Assembly: GCF_000284115.1 (NCBI RefSeq)
Contig: NC_017080.1
Location: forward strand, 1,590,001-1,622,000
DNA from: Phycisphaera mikurensis NBRC 102666
GTDB taxonomy: Bacteria > Planctomycetota > Phycisphaerae > Phycisphaerales > Phycisphaeraceae
Length of the DNA stretch: 32,000 nt
Direction of reading: 5' to 3'
The translations under genes were made by a program, and so were the position numbers. Shown here piece after piece: positions 1-12,471 of the stretch; position 1 is the stretch's first letter, and each line of letters starts with the position of its first letter. The notes below the pieces were generated by a model that saw only the letters and a list, made by a program, of their open reading frames with translations, was not told the origin of the DNA and searched no databases.

Positions 1-130
1 GCTGGTCGATCAGCGACGCCGGCAGCGCCGACCGGCCCATCGCGTGCGTCACGAACGCCCCGTGCACGAAGACGACGGGGCGCCCGGAAGAGGCGGCGCC
101 GAAGCGGTCGGAGGCGAGCGTGTGCCGCAT
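1..130 (-). CDS. Alpha/beta-hydrolase-like protein, N-terminal fragment (gene runs off the window edge)
   Basis: Minus-strand translation from the ATG at 130: MRHTLASDRFGAASSGRPVVFVHGAFVTHAMGRSALPASLIDQ. The VVFVHG strand/oxyanion-type motif is typical of alpha/beta hydrolases. Divergent from tilS. Confidence 0.5.
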   Translation of the reverse strand, partial: MRHTLASDRFGAASSGRPVVFVHGAFVTHAMGRSALPASLIDQ

Positions 131-222
131 GCCCGCGTTGTAGCCCACTGTGCGCCGGCTCCTGGTCCCTTGGCCTCGCGGGCCGGGCCGAGCGTGGCGC
201 ACGATGCTCTAGCGTCGGCCGC

Positions 223-1257
223 GTGGACGGCTCGTCGTCAACGCGAGAGGTGAGGGCGGCGCTCGCGGCGTCGCTGACCGCAACCGGGCTCGCCGGGAGC
301 GGCACGCTCTTGATCGCGTGCTCGGGCGGCGGCGACTCGGTGGCTCTGCTGCGTGCGCTGCTGGATCTCCGCGGCAAGCGCGGCTTCGCGTACGCCCTCC
401 GCGTGGCCCACGTCGACCACGGCTTGCGCTCGGAGAGCGGGCGGGACGCCGCGTGGGTCGCCGCTCTCGCCGCGTCTTTGGGCGTGGCCGCGGCCACGCT
501 GCGGATCGACTGCGACGGCTTGGGGAACCCGGAGGCGCGGGCACGCGTGCGTCGCTACGCGGCGCTCGCCGACGCGGCGGCGGCCGCGGGCGCCGCCGCC
601 GTGCTGACCGCCCACTCCGCGGACGACCAGCTCGAGACGCTGCTGATGCGGCTGATCCGCGGCGCCGGGACCCGCGGCATGTCGGGGATCCCGGCCGAGC
701 GCCCGCTCGCTCCCGGCGTCCGCCTCGTCCGCCCGCTGCTGCGCGTCCCCCGCGACACGCTCCGGGCCTTCCTCGCCGAGCGGGAGCAGCCCTTCCTGCA
801 CGACCCGACCAACGACGATCCCTCCCGCCTCCGCGCCCGCCTCCGGCGCGACGTGCTGCCCGTGCTCGCCGACGTGCGGCCCGGCGTCGCCGGGAACGCC
901 GTCGCGCTCGCGGAGGACCTGCGCGACGCCGACCACGCCCTCGCCTGGGCCGCACGCGGCGTCGTCTTCCCGCTCTCCCGCGGGGATGCGCGGGCGCTGC
1001 CGGCGGCCGTGCTGCACGCCGCGCTTCGTCGCGAGCTCGACGCCGCCGGCGTGCCCGCCGATCGGCGGAACCGGGACCGACGCCGCGCGATGGTCCGCGC
1101 CTGCCGCGACGGGAGCGGGGCGGTGCGGGTCTTCGAGCTGGCGCCGCTGCAGCTGCGCGTCGAGCGGGACCGCGTGCGTCTGATCCGCGGCGACGGTCGC
1201 GGGGCCCAGGAGCAGCCGCCGCGGCCCCGTCGCCGCTCCCGCCCCCGCTCCGCGTGA
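223..1257 (+). CDS. tilS: tRNA(Ile)-lysidine synthase TilS
   Basis: GTG-start ORF with the PP-loop motif [21 protein letters not shown], followed by [14 protein letters not shown] and [29 protein letters not shown]. Confidence 0.93.
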   Translation: MDGSSSTREVRAALAASLTATGLAGSGTLLIACSGGGDSVALLRALLDLRGKRGFAYALRVAHVDHGLRSESGRDAAWVAALAASLGVAAATLRIDCDGLGNPEARARVRRYAALADAAAAAGAAAVLTAHSADDQLETLLMRLIRGAGTRGMSGIPAERPLAPGVRLVRPLLRVPRDTLRAFLAEREQPFLHDPTNDDPSRLRARLRRDVLPVLADVRPGVAGNAVALAEDLRDADHALAWAARGVVFPLSRGDARALPAAVLHAALRRELDAAGVPADRRNRDRRRAMVRACRDGSGAVRVFELAPLQLRVERDRVRLIRGDGRGAQEQPPRPRRRSRPRSA

Positions 1258-1332
1258 TCCTGCCGGATGCCATCGACGGCGCCGACGGCGCCGACGAGGC
1301 CGCTGGCCGCGCCCGCGGACGGGCGGAGGGGA

Positions 1333-3322
1333 TCAACCCCCCGCCAGAGCGGCCTCTTCGACGCCGCCGGACTCCAGCTGCACCCGGATCATGCCCCGGT
1401 ACACCCCGCCGGCCTCCATCAGCTCCGCGTGCGTCCCGCGCTCGAGCACCTCGCCGCGGTCGATCACCACGATCTGGTCCGCCCCGGTGATCGTCGACAG
1501 CCGGTGGGCGATGACGAAGCTGGTCCGGTCCTCCATCAGCCGCGCGAGCGAGCCCTGGATCAGCCGCTCGCTCTCGGTGTCCAGCGCCGAGGTCGCCTCG
1601 TCGAGGATCAGCACCCGCGGGTCCGCGAGCACCGCGCGGGCGATCGCGAGGCGCTGGCGCTGCCCGCCGGAGAGCTTCACGCCGCGCTCGCCGATCTTCG
1701 TGTCGTAGCCGTGCTCGAGGTCGAGGATGAAGCCGTGCGCGTTCGCGTCGCGGGCCGCGGCCTCGATCATCTGCGGCGTCGCGTCGCGGCGGCCGTAGGC
1801 AATGTTGTCGCGGATCGTCCCGTCGAAGAGGAACACGTCCTGCTCGACGATGCCCAGCAACCGCCGGTAGCTGTCGACGTCGACGTCCCGCAGGTCGCGG
1901 CCGTCGAGCGTGATGCTCCCGCTGGTGACGTCGTAGAAGCGGGCGATGAGGTTGCAGAGCGTCGTCTTGCCGGCGCCGGAGGGGCCCACGAAGGCGGTGG
2001 TCGTGCCCGGCTCGGCCAGGAGGCTGACGTCGCTGAGCACCGCCTTCCCGCTCTTGGGGTAGCGGAACCCGACGTGCTTGAGCTCGACCCGCCCGAGCAC
2101 CACGTCCCGGTCGAGCTTCGCCGGCGGCGTGTCGCCGCGCCGGGCCGCGACGTCCGCGAACTCCCGCGGCTCGTCCATCACGTCCAGCACGCGCTCCATC
2201 GCGGCGAGCCCGTTCTGCAGCTGCGTCGCGGTCGCGGCGAGCGTGGAGATCGGACCCAGCAGCATGCCCAGGTACAGAAGGAAGATCGTCAGCTCGCCGA
2301 TCGTGAGCGCCTGCCCCGCCGCGAGGGCACCGGCCGCGACGGCCTCGCGGTCGCCGAGGATGCGGTACGCCCCGTACAGCAGCAGCAGCGAGCTCGCCAG
2401 CGGGATCAGCACCGCCCAGGCGGTGTCCACGCCGCGCATCCACCACCAGCCGTGCAGCTCCTGGCGGATCATGTAGTCGTTGCCACGCACGAAGGCGTTG
2501 GTCTCGGTGCGGGCCCGCCCGAAGCCGCGGACGATCCGCATGCCGCCGAAGGTCTCGGTCGCGTCGCCGTCGATCTCCCGCCGCGTGCCGCGGATGCTCC
2601 GCCAGATCGGGCGGATCCGGCTGATCCACGTCCGGTGGGTGATCCACACCAGCGGCAGCACGGCGAGCCCGAGCGCCAGCAGGCGCCAATCGATGAAGGC
2701 GAGGACGGCCAGCGATCCGCACAGCTGGACGACCGCCTTCCACGGGTTGTAGATCATGTTGAAGAGCAGCTCGCCGATCGCGCCCGCGTCGTCGCGGAGC
2801 AGGCTGCTCACGCCGCCGGACTTCAGCTCCTGGACCCGGTGCAGGGGCAGGCGCGAGGCGTGCTCGAACAGGTCCGTCCGCGCGTCCACCTGCACCCGCT
2901 TGCTGATGCGGGTGGCCTGCCAGCGCGACCAGAGGCCCAGCAGCACCGCCGCGAGGCTGAGGACCACCGCCGCGACGACGACCGCGAGGGCGAGACTCCG
3001 CGTGCCCAGCCCGCCGAACCAACTCCGGGCCGGGCCCGGCAGCGGGACGTCGCCGAGCACCGAATCGAAGACGATCTTCACCGCGTACGGCGGTGCCAGC
3101 GCCAGAAGCGTCGCCACCGAGAGCACCGCCAGCGAGGCGGCCATCATCCACCGGTGGTGCCCGAGGATCCGCCAGAACGCCCCGATCATCTCCAGGATCC
3201 CGCGGTTGCGATCGCGGGAGACGGCCGAGCCGTCCATCTGCGTGTCCTCGTTGTTCTCCCGCCGCGCCCTCGCGGTCACCTTCCACTGCTCGAATCGCGT
3301 GGATGACGCTTGCGTCCTGCTC

Positions 3323-3324
<2 letters not shown>
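1333..3324 (-). CDS. ABC transporter, fused permease/ATP-binding exporter (MsbA/MdlB type)
   Basis: Walker [14 protein letters not shown] signature [15 protein letters not shown], Walker [14 protein letters not shown], and an N-terminal membrane domain. Start taken at MSRTQ (3324); MDGSAVS at 3237 is an alternative. Confidence 0.92.
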
Positions 3325-6205
<2,881 letters not shown>

Positions 6206-6265
6206 GGGACGCCCGCCGCTCCCGCTCCGCCGCGACCCGCCCCCCTGGCCGGGCAGCCCGACGCT

Positions 6266-6998
6266 CGCTCCAGGTCCTTCGCGACAAGCAGACAGAGCGG
6301 CGTCGCCGCTCAGCCTGGCCGCGCTAGCTGCGTGGCGACGCCACGCTGTCCGAGCCGCGGTCCGGCTCCTTCGCGCACAAGGCAGACAGAGCGGCGTCGC
6401 CGCTCAGCTCTCGGAGCCAGCCTGGCCGCGTTAGCTGCCTGGCGACGCCACGCTGTCCGCGTCGCCGATCCAGCTTCTTCGCGCACAAGCAGACAGAGCG
6501 GCGTCGCCGCTCAGCTCTCCCCGCCAGCCTGGCCGCGCTAGCTGCGTGGCGACGCCACGCTGTCCGAGCCCCGATCCAGCTCCCTCGCGCACAAGCAGAC
6601 AGAGCGGCATCGCCGCTCAGCTCTCGCCGCCAGCTTGGCCGCGGTCGCTGCGTGGCGACGCCACGCTGTCCGGGCCCCGATCCAGCTCCCTCGCGCACAA
6701 GCAGACAGAGCGGCATCGCCGCTCAGCTCTCGGAGCCAGCTTGGCCGCGCTAGCTGCGTGGCGACGCCACGCTGTCCGGGCCCCGATCCAGCTCCCTCGC
6801 GCACAAGCAGACAGAGCGGCATCGCCGCTCAGCTCTCCCCGCCACCCTGGCCGCGCTAGCTGCGTGGCGACGCCACGCTGTCCGAGCCGCCGATCCAGCT
6901 CCTTCGCGCACAAGCCAGACAGAGCGGCGTCGCCGCTCCGCTCTCGATGCCACCCTGGCCGCGATAGCTGCGTCGCGACTCGCTCGCGCCCTGCGTTT
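6266..6998. repeat. Seven-copy tandem repeat, unit ~106 bp (offsets 94, 107, 106, 106, 106, 108), with two hairpins per unit
   Basis: The anchor GACAGAGCGGC recurs at 6291, 6385, 6492, 6598, 6704, 6810 and 6918. Each unit has GAGCGGC-(GTC/ATC)-GCCGCTC and, in copies 1-6, GCGTGGC-GAC-GCCACGC (one arm mismatch in copy 2). Confidence 0.95.
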
Positions 6999-7049
6999 GG
7001 GGCTCGTTTCCACCAGCCCGGCCGCGGCGCGCGGAGAGGATCCGCGACC

Positions 7050-7514
7050 TCAGACCGACGAGGACTCGAGCTGCTTGATCAGCTCGTACATCTCCTCGCC
7101 GTTCGTGCAGGCTTTCATCTGCCCGCGCACGGCGACATCGATGAGCATCTGGCTGATCTTGGAGAGGGCGGTGATGTGCGGGCCGGTCTGGTCGATCGGG
7201 CTCGCGAGCAAGATGATGAGCTCGACGGGCTTGCCATCGATGCTGCCAAAGTCCAGCGGCTCCTTCGTGCGGCCGATCGCCATCCGGAGGCTGTCCACGC
7301 CATCCGTCTTGCCGTGGGGCACCGCGATGCCGCCGCCGATGCCGGTGGTGCGGGTGGTCTCCCGCTTCCAGATCGCAGCCTTGAGCTCTTCGGGATCCTC
7401 GACGCCGGTCTGCTCGACGAGCAGGTCGGCGAGCTCGAAGATGGCGTCCTGCTTGTCCGTCGAAGACAGCGGGATGCGGATGCACGCGGGGGTCAGCAGG
7501 GAGGTCAGCTTCAT
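7050..7514 (-). CDS. PTS sugar transporter subunit IIA / EIIA(Ntr)-like (PtsN family)
   Basis: MKLTSLLTPACIRIPLSSTDKQDAIFELADLLVE...TGIGGGIAVPHGKTDGVDSLRMAIGRTKEPLDFGSIDGKPVELIILLASP, with the phosphoacceptor His context GIAVPHGK. Confidence 0.9.
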   Translation of the reverse strand: MKLTSLLTPACIRIPLSSTDKQDAIFELADLLVEQTGVEDPEELKAAIWKRETTRTTGIGGGIAVPHGKTDGVDSLRMAIGRTKEPLDFGSIDGKPVELIILLASPIDQTGPHITALSKISQMLIDVAVRGQMKACTNGEEMYELIKQLESSSV

Positions 7515-7647
7515 CGTCGCTTCGGGGGCGGCACGGTTGGGCGGAGAGGGTAAAGCCGTACGCATCCCCGTGTGGCGGTGCCGGGCCCGCTCGCCGGGCG
7601 GGAGAGGGCGGCGCGGGCAACGGAGCGGCCCGGGGTAGCCTCGCGGC

Positions 7648-9681
7648 GTGAGCGCCACCTCCGAGCCCGTCACCCCGCCCGACCGAACGGCTTGCGATCA
7701 GGAGGCCGTGCCGCCGTCGGCTCCGGCGGCTCTGCTCGCCCCGCTGAAGCGGGCCTTCGGGCATGGCGGGTTCCGGCCGATGCAGCAGCGGATCGTCGAG
7801 GACGCCGTCGCCGGGCGGGACGTGCTGGTCATCCTGCCCACCGGCGGCGGCAAGAGCCTGTGCTATCAGCTGCCGGCCGTGGCCGAAGCGGAGGCCTGGG
7901 AGCAGCGGCGGGAGGGCCCGCGGCCGATGACGGTGGTGGTGTCCCCGCTGATCGCCCTCATGCAGAACCAGGTGGAGGCGCTCCGCGCCAACGGCGTCAA
8001 GGCAGGCTACCTCAACTCGTCCATGGACTTCGAGGAGGCCCGCCGCGTGCAGCACGAGGCCGAAACCGGCGGGCTGGACCTGGTCTACCTCGCTCCCGAG
8101 CGGATGATGAGCGAGCACGGCCGCGCGTGGCTGTCGCGGCTGCACGTCACCCGCTTCGCCATCGACGAGGCGCACTGCATCAGCGCGTGGGGGCACGACT
8201 TCCGCCCCGAGTACCGCATGCTCGGCGAGCTGCGGACCGGCTTCGGCGACCGCTTCCGGGGCGTGCCGATGATGGCGCTCACCGCGACCGCCACGCCCCG
8301 CGTCGCCGACGACGTGGTGGCGCAGCTGGGCCTCGGCGGCGACGCGAAGCCCGGCGAGGCCGGCGCGGTCGCGGTCCACCGCGGCGGGTTCGAGCGGCCC
8401 AACCTCTTCTACGAGGTGCGCCCCAAGCGGAAGGTGGTCGAGCAGATCGCCGCGATGCTCGAGGCCGACGACACCGCCGAGGGCATCGTCTACTGCGGCA
8501 GCCGCAAGAAGTGCGAGGAGATCGCCGAGCAGCTGCAGGCCGCCGGCCTGCCGGCGCTCCCGTACCACGCCGGGCTCGACGCGGAGACCCGCGCGGAGAA
8601 CCAGCACGGCTTCATCTACGGCGACTGCCGGCTCGTCGCCGCGACGATCGCTTTCGGCATGGGGGTGGACAAGCCGGACGTCCGCTTCGTGGTGCACGCC
8701 GACCTGCCGCAGAACCTCGAGGGCTACTACCAGGAAACCGGCCGCGCCGGCCGCGACGGCCTGCCCGGCAAGTGCGTGCTCTTCTACTCCGGCGGCGACC
8801 GGGCCCGCGTGGAGTTCTTCATTAACAAGAAGGAGGACCCCCAGGAGCGTGAGCACGCCCAGGAGCAGCTCGAGAAGATGATCAAGTACTGCCACACGAC
8901 GGGGTGCCGCACGGCCTTCGTCCTGCGGCACTTCGGCGACGAGCTGGCCCGGGTCGCGCCCGCGACCGGTGCCCACGCCGGCGGCGAGGCCGGCGTGGAG
9001 CGACCGCCGGGCCGGTGCGGCCACTGCGACAACTGCGTGAACCCGCCGAAGACCAGGGACGTGACCCAGGACGCGCGGAAGCTGCTCTCGGCCATCGCCC
9101 GGACCGGCCAGCGTTACGGCCTTTCCTACGTCTTCGACGTGCTGCGGGGATCGCGGGCGGCCAAGGTGCTCGAACGCGAGCACGACGGCCTCTCGGTGCA
9201 CGGGATCGGCAAAGACCAGCCTGTCGGCCACTGGCGGGCGCTGGCCGAGCACCTGGTGCAGGAGGGCCACCTCGCCTTCACCCACGACGGCTTCCGGGTC
9301 GCGCTGCTGACGGCGACGAGCAAGGACGTCATGCGGGGCGAGGTCCCGGTGGAGCTTGCGGTGAGTCGCGCCGTCGACCCCCGCGCGGGCGGGCCCGAAA
9401 GCGAGCGGATGGCGCAGGGCAAGCGGCGCCGCGCCGCCGCCGCGCAAGCCGAGCTCTCCCCCGACGCGGCGGACCTCTTCGAGAAGCTGCGGGCGCTGCG
9501 GGCCGAGCTCGCCGAGGAGCAGGGCGTGCCGCCCTACATCGTCTTCGGCGACGCGACGCTGCTGGAGATGGCGACGCGTCGGCCGCAGAGCGACCACGAG
9601 CTGCTGGCGATCTCAGGCGTCGGGCAGACGAAGCTGCAGCGCTACGGGGACCCATTCCGCCAGGCGATCCGGGAGGCTTGA
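7648..9681 (+). CDS. recQ: ATP-dependent DNA helicase RecQ, with zinc-binding and HRDC regions
   Basis: GTG start; PTGGGKSLCYQLPA, FAIDEAHCISAWGHDFRPEYR, IAFGMGVDKPDVRFVVH, QETGRAGRDG, CGHCDNC and a C-terminal HRDC-like LRALRAELAEEQGVPPYIVFGDATLLEMA. Confidence 0.95.
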   Translation: MSATSEPVTPPDRTACDQEAVPPSAPAALLAPLKRAFGHGGFRPMQQRIVEDAVAGRDVLVILPTGGGKSLCYQLPAVAEAEAWEQRREGPRPMTVVVSPLIALMQNQVEALRANGVKAGYLNSSMDFEEARRVQHEAETGGLDLVYLAPERMMSEHGRAWLSRLHVTRFAIDEAHCISAWGHDFRPEYRMLGELRTGFGDRFRGVPMMALTATATPRVADDVVAQLGLGGDAKPGEAGAVAVHRGGFERPNLFYEVRPKRKVVEQIAAMLEADDTAEGIVYCGSRKKCEEIAEQLQAAGLPALPYHAGLDAETRAENQHGFIYGDCRLVAATIAFGMGVDKPDVRFVVHADLPQNLEGYYQETGRAGRDGLPGKCVLFYSGGDRARVEFFINKKEDPQEREHAQEQLEKMIKYCHTTGCRTAFVLRHFGDELARVAPATGAHAGGEAGVERPPGRCGHCDNCVNPPKTRDVTQDARKLLSAIARTGQRYGLSYVFDVLRGSRAAKVLEREHDGLSVHGIGKDQPVGHWRALAEHLVQEGHLAFTHDGFRVALLTATSKDVMRGEVPVELAVSRAVDPRAGGPESERMAQGKRRRAAAAQAELSPDAADLFEKLRALRAELAEEQGVPPYIVFGDATLLEMATRRPQSDHELLAISGVGQTKLQRYGDPFRQAIREA

Positions 9682-9703
9682 CCGGCCGCGGACCCCGCGG
9701 ACC

Positions 9704-9749
9704 CCGCGGACCGTCGGCGTTTCGACACGGTTTCGATCACGGTCCGCGG
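9704..9749. repeat. Bipartite inverted element copy A: CCGCGGACCG-N26-CGGTCCGCGG (intergenic, after recQ)
   Basis: Arms at 9704-9713 and 9740-9749, pairing extendable to 12 bp (9703-9714 / 9739-9750). Confidence 0.9.
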
Positions 9750-9860
9750 GATCGCTCCGCCGGCGATCCCCCGGCTCCGGACGTCTCCAGCCGGATCGCG
9801 ATCCTCTGCCGCCGCGGGGCCGCGTCGGGGGGAGGCCCCCCCCGTCCGTAGGCTGGCCGC

Positions 9861-11099
9861 ATGAAGAACGTGCTGATCATCCCGGACGGCGCGGCGGACG
9901 CGCCGCTGGAGCAGCTCGACGGGCGGACCGCGTTCGAGGCGGCGAAAACGCCGAACCTCGACGCGCTCTCGGGGCGGGGGAGGCTCGGCACGGCGAGGAC
10001 GACGCCCCGGGGCATGCCCTGCGGGAGCGACGTGTGCACGATGTCGCTGCTGGGCTACGACCCGGCGAGGTACCACACGGGCCGGGCTCCGCTGGAGGCG
10101 GCGGCCGGGGGCGTCGCGATGGGTCCGCAGGACTGGGTCTTCCGCGTCAATCTGGTCCACATCGCGGACCAGCGGATGCGGGATCACTCCGCGGGGCACA
10201 TCTCCTCCGGCGAGGGGGCGCGGCTGATGGCCGACTTCGCGGAGCGCTTCGACCGGCCCGGTTTCCGCTTCCACCCCGGCGTCAGCTACCGCAACCTGAT
10301 GACCGACGTGAGCGAGCGTGGCCGGGCGGAGGGGGAGGTGATCGAGTCGTGGGACCGGGTGAAGACGACGCCGCCGCACGACATCCTCGAAGCGCCGATC
10401 CGCAGGCACCTGCCCGTGGGCGGCCCGCTGGCGGAGGATCTCACGCGCCTGATCGCCGAGAGCGAGGTGTTCCTGCGCGACCACGAGGTCAACCGGACGC
10501 GCCGGGAGAACGGCGAGCTCCCGGCGACGCACCTGTGGCCCTGGGGGCAGGGCCGCAAGCCGGCGATGCCCACCTTCGAGCAGCGCTTCGGCAAGAGAGG
10601 GGCGATGATCACCGCGGTGGACCTGCTGGCGGGCATCGGGAGCTTCCTCGGGCTCGACCGGCTCGACGTGCCGGGGCAGACCAGCTACCACGACAACGAC
10701 TACGCGGCGACCGGGCGGCACGCCGCCGAGGCCATCGCCGGCTACGACTTCCTGGTGGTGCACGTGGAAGCGCCCGACGAGGCGAGCCACGCCGGCGACG
10801 CGGCGACGAAGGTGAAGGCGATCGAGGCGATCGACCGGCACGTCGTCGGGCCGGTGGTGGACGCGTTGAAGGCGGCCCGCGGCGACGACGGCGAGTGGCG
10901 GGTCCTGGTGATGCCGGATCACCACACCCGCGTGAGCACGCGGATGCACGACCCCACGCCGGTGCCCTTCCTGCTGGCGGGCTACAAGGTCGGCGGCGTC
11001 GTGCGGCGGACGCTGACGGAGAAGAACGCGGAGGCGAGCGACCTGCACGTGCAGCACGGGCACGAGCTGATGGAGCTGTTCCTCCGCCGGCCGAAGTGA
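9861..11099 (+). CDS. apgM: 2,3-bisphosphoglycerate-independent phosphoglycerate mutase, archaeal ApgM type
   Basis: MKNVLIIPDGAADAPLEQLDGRTAFEAAKTPNLDALSGRGRLG...GSDVCTMSLLGYDPARYHTGRAPLEAAAGGV and VLVMPDHHTRVSTRMHDPTPVPFLLAG. Confidence 0.88.
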   Translation: MKNVLIIPDGAADAPLEQLDGRTAFEAAKTPNLDALSGRGRLGTARTTPRGMPCGSDVCTMSLLGYDPARYHTGRAPLEAAAGGVAMGPQDWVFRVNLVHIADQRMRDHSAGHISSGEGARLMADFAERFDRPGFRFHPGVSYRNLMTDVSERGRAEGEVIESWDRVKTTPPHDILEAPIRRHLPVGGPLAEDLTRLIAESEVFLRDHEVNRTRRENGELPATHLWPWGQGRKPAMPTFEQRFGKRGAMITAVDLLAGIGSFLGLDRLDVPGQTSYHDNDYAATGRHAAEAIAGYDFLVVHVEAPDEASHAGDAATKVKAIEAIDRHVVGPVVDALKAARGDDGEWRVLVMPDHHTRVSTRMHDPTPVPFLLAGYKVGGVVRRTLTEKNAEASDLHVQHGHELMELFLRRPK

Positions 11100-11154
11100 C
11101 GCCCCTCGCGCGGAATTGCCGTCGCCGCGCCAGCCGGAGCACGAGGCCGGGCCT

Positions 11155-12267
11155 TCAGCGCTTGCGGCGGGCGGTCATCGCCGCCCGCAGCAGCTTCAGG
11201 GCGGCCACGTCGTACGGCTTGCTTGCCAGGCACCGCTTCGCGTACCACGCCGCCGTCGCGTGCTCGCCGGCACCCAGGGCCCACCAGCCGCACTTGAGCC
11301 GGCCGCGCCGGCGGGCGTCGCGGTCGTCGGCTTCGCGCCAAGGGGGCTTGCCCTCCCAGCGGGAAGCGATGCCGCGCCGGGTCGCGGCATCCCGCGAAGC
11401 CTTCTCGCACAGCGCCGCCTGCTCGATGCGGCGCTGTCCGCTGACCGATCCGCCGTAGAAGCGGTAACGCTGGAGCACCTCCTGCTGGTTGGCGAGGCGG
11501 CCGATCTCGGCGAGGCGGAGCCAGAGCTCCACGTCGACCGCGGAGGCGTAGCCGGGGTTGTAGCCGCCGACCCTCCGCAGCGCCGCCGCGTCGATCATCG
11601 AGCTGGTGTGCCAGAGCGTGCAGTGCCCGCGCAGCAGGCCGTCCTCGATGGCCGCGTGGTCGGTGGGGTTGTGGACGCTGTGCAGCCGGCGGCCGCGGGC
11701 GTCGATGAAGTCGACCATCGAGCCGGCGGCGGCGGCGCGGCTCCGCTCGAAGAAGCGCAGCTGCCGGACCAGCCGATCGGGGGCCATGACGTCGTCGGCG
11801 TCCATCCGGGCGATCCGACGCCCGCGGCAGGCGGCGATGCCGGCGTTGGCGGCGTGGGAGATGCCGACGTTCTCGTCGAAGCGGAGCAGGCGGACCCGGG
11901 GGTCGGCCGCCGCGAGCGACGCGAGCAGGGCCGGCGTCGCGTCGGTCGATCCGTCGTCGACGAGCACGTACTCGAGGGTGAGGCCACGCTGGCCCAGCAC
12001 GCTGGCCGCGGCCTCCATCAGGTGCCGCTTGCCGTTGCGGACCGTGGTGAGCACCGACACGGCGGGCCGCGTCGCGGTGGCGGGCGGGGGCGGCGTCAGC
12101 TCGCGAGCCGCCACCGGGGGCATGGGGAAGCGGGTCCGCGACGCCGGCGGGGGCGGCGGCAAGACGCGGGGGGGAACCTGCACCACCGGCCGGCGCCGCG
12201 GCACCAGCAGGATCTCCCGCGGGTGGCGGGCCGGGAGCGGTGCGGGCGGCGGCGCTAGGGCACTCAT
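11155..12267 (-). CDS. Glycosyltransferase family 2
   Basis: PAVSVLTTVRNGKRHLMEAAASVLGQRGLTLEYVLVDDGSTDATPALLASLA...RRIARMDADDVMAPDRL is a GT-A fold with a DxD motif. N-terminus is Pro-rich; a start at 12123 (MPPVAARE) is possible. Confidence 0.85.
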   Translation of the reverse strand: MSALAPPPAPLPARHPREILLVPRRRPVVQVPPRVLPPPPPASRTRFPMPPVAARELTPPPPATATRPAVSVLTTVRNGKRHLMEAAASVLGQRGLTLEYVLVDDGSTDATPALLASLAAADPRVRLLRFDENVGISHAANAGIAACRGRRIARMDADDVMAPDRLVRQLRFFERSRAAAAGSMVDFIDARGRRLHSVHNPTDHAAIEDGLLRGHCTLWHTSSMIDAAALRRVGGYNPGYASAVDVELWLRLAEIGRLANQQEVLQRYRFYGGSVSGQRRIEQAALCEKASRDAATRRGIASRWEGKPPWREADDRDARRRGRLKCGWWALGAGEHATAAWYAKRCLASKPYDVAALKLLRAAMTARRKR

Positions 12268-12471
12268 GTGGGCTTCTCGGGGATCTCCTGCTGCCCCCTC
12301 CCCCTAGAGGGTAAGATCGTACACTTTCCTGGGTAGGAAGCGAGCCGAAGGTCGCCGGTCGTCGGGGTTATGCGGGTGGCGCGGGCCCGCCGGCCCCGCT
12401 CCCGCCCGTCGGGCGCGACGGGTCGGGTTCCCGCGGTGGGGCGGCAGAGCCTCCGCGCTACGGTCCCGCCG

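Noticed and set aside
6266-6998. CRISPR array interpretation of the tandem repeat
   Set aside because: The entire ~106-bp unit is repeated with no unique spacers, and no cas genes are nearby.
9703-9750. Copy A as an ordinary intrinsic terminator for recQ
   Set aside because: The loop is 24-26 nt, there is no T-tract, and the same arms and spacing occur inside coding genes. Termination may still occur here but does not explain the family.
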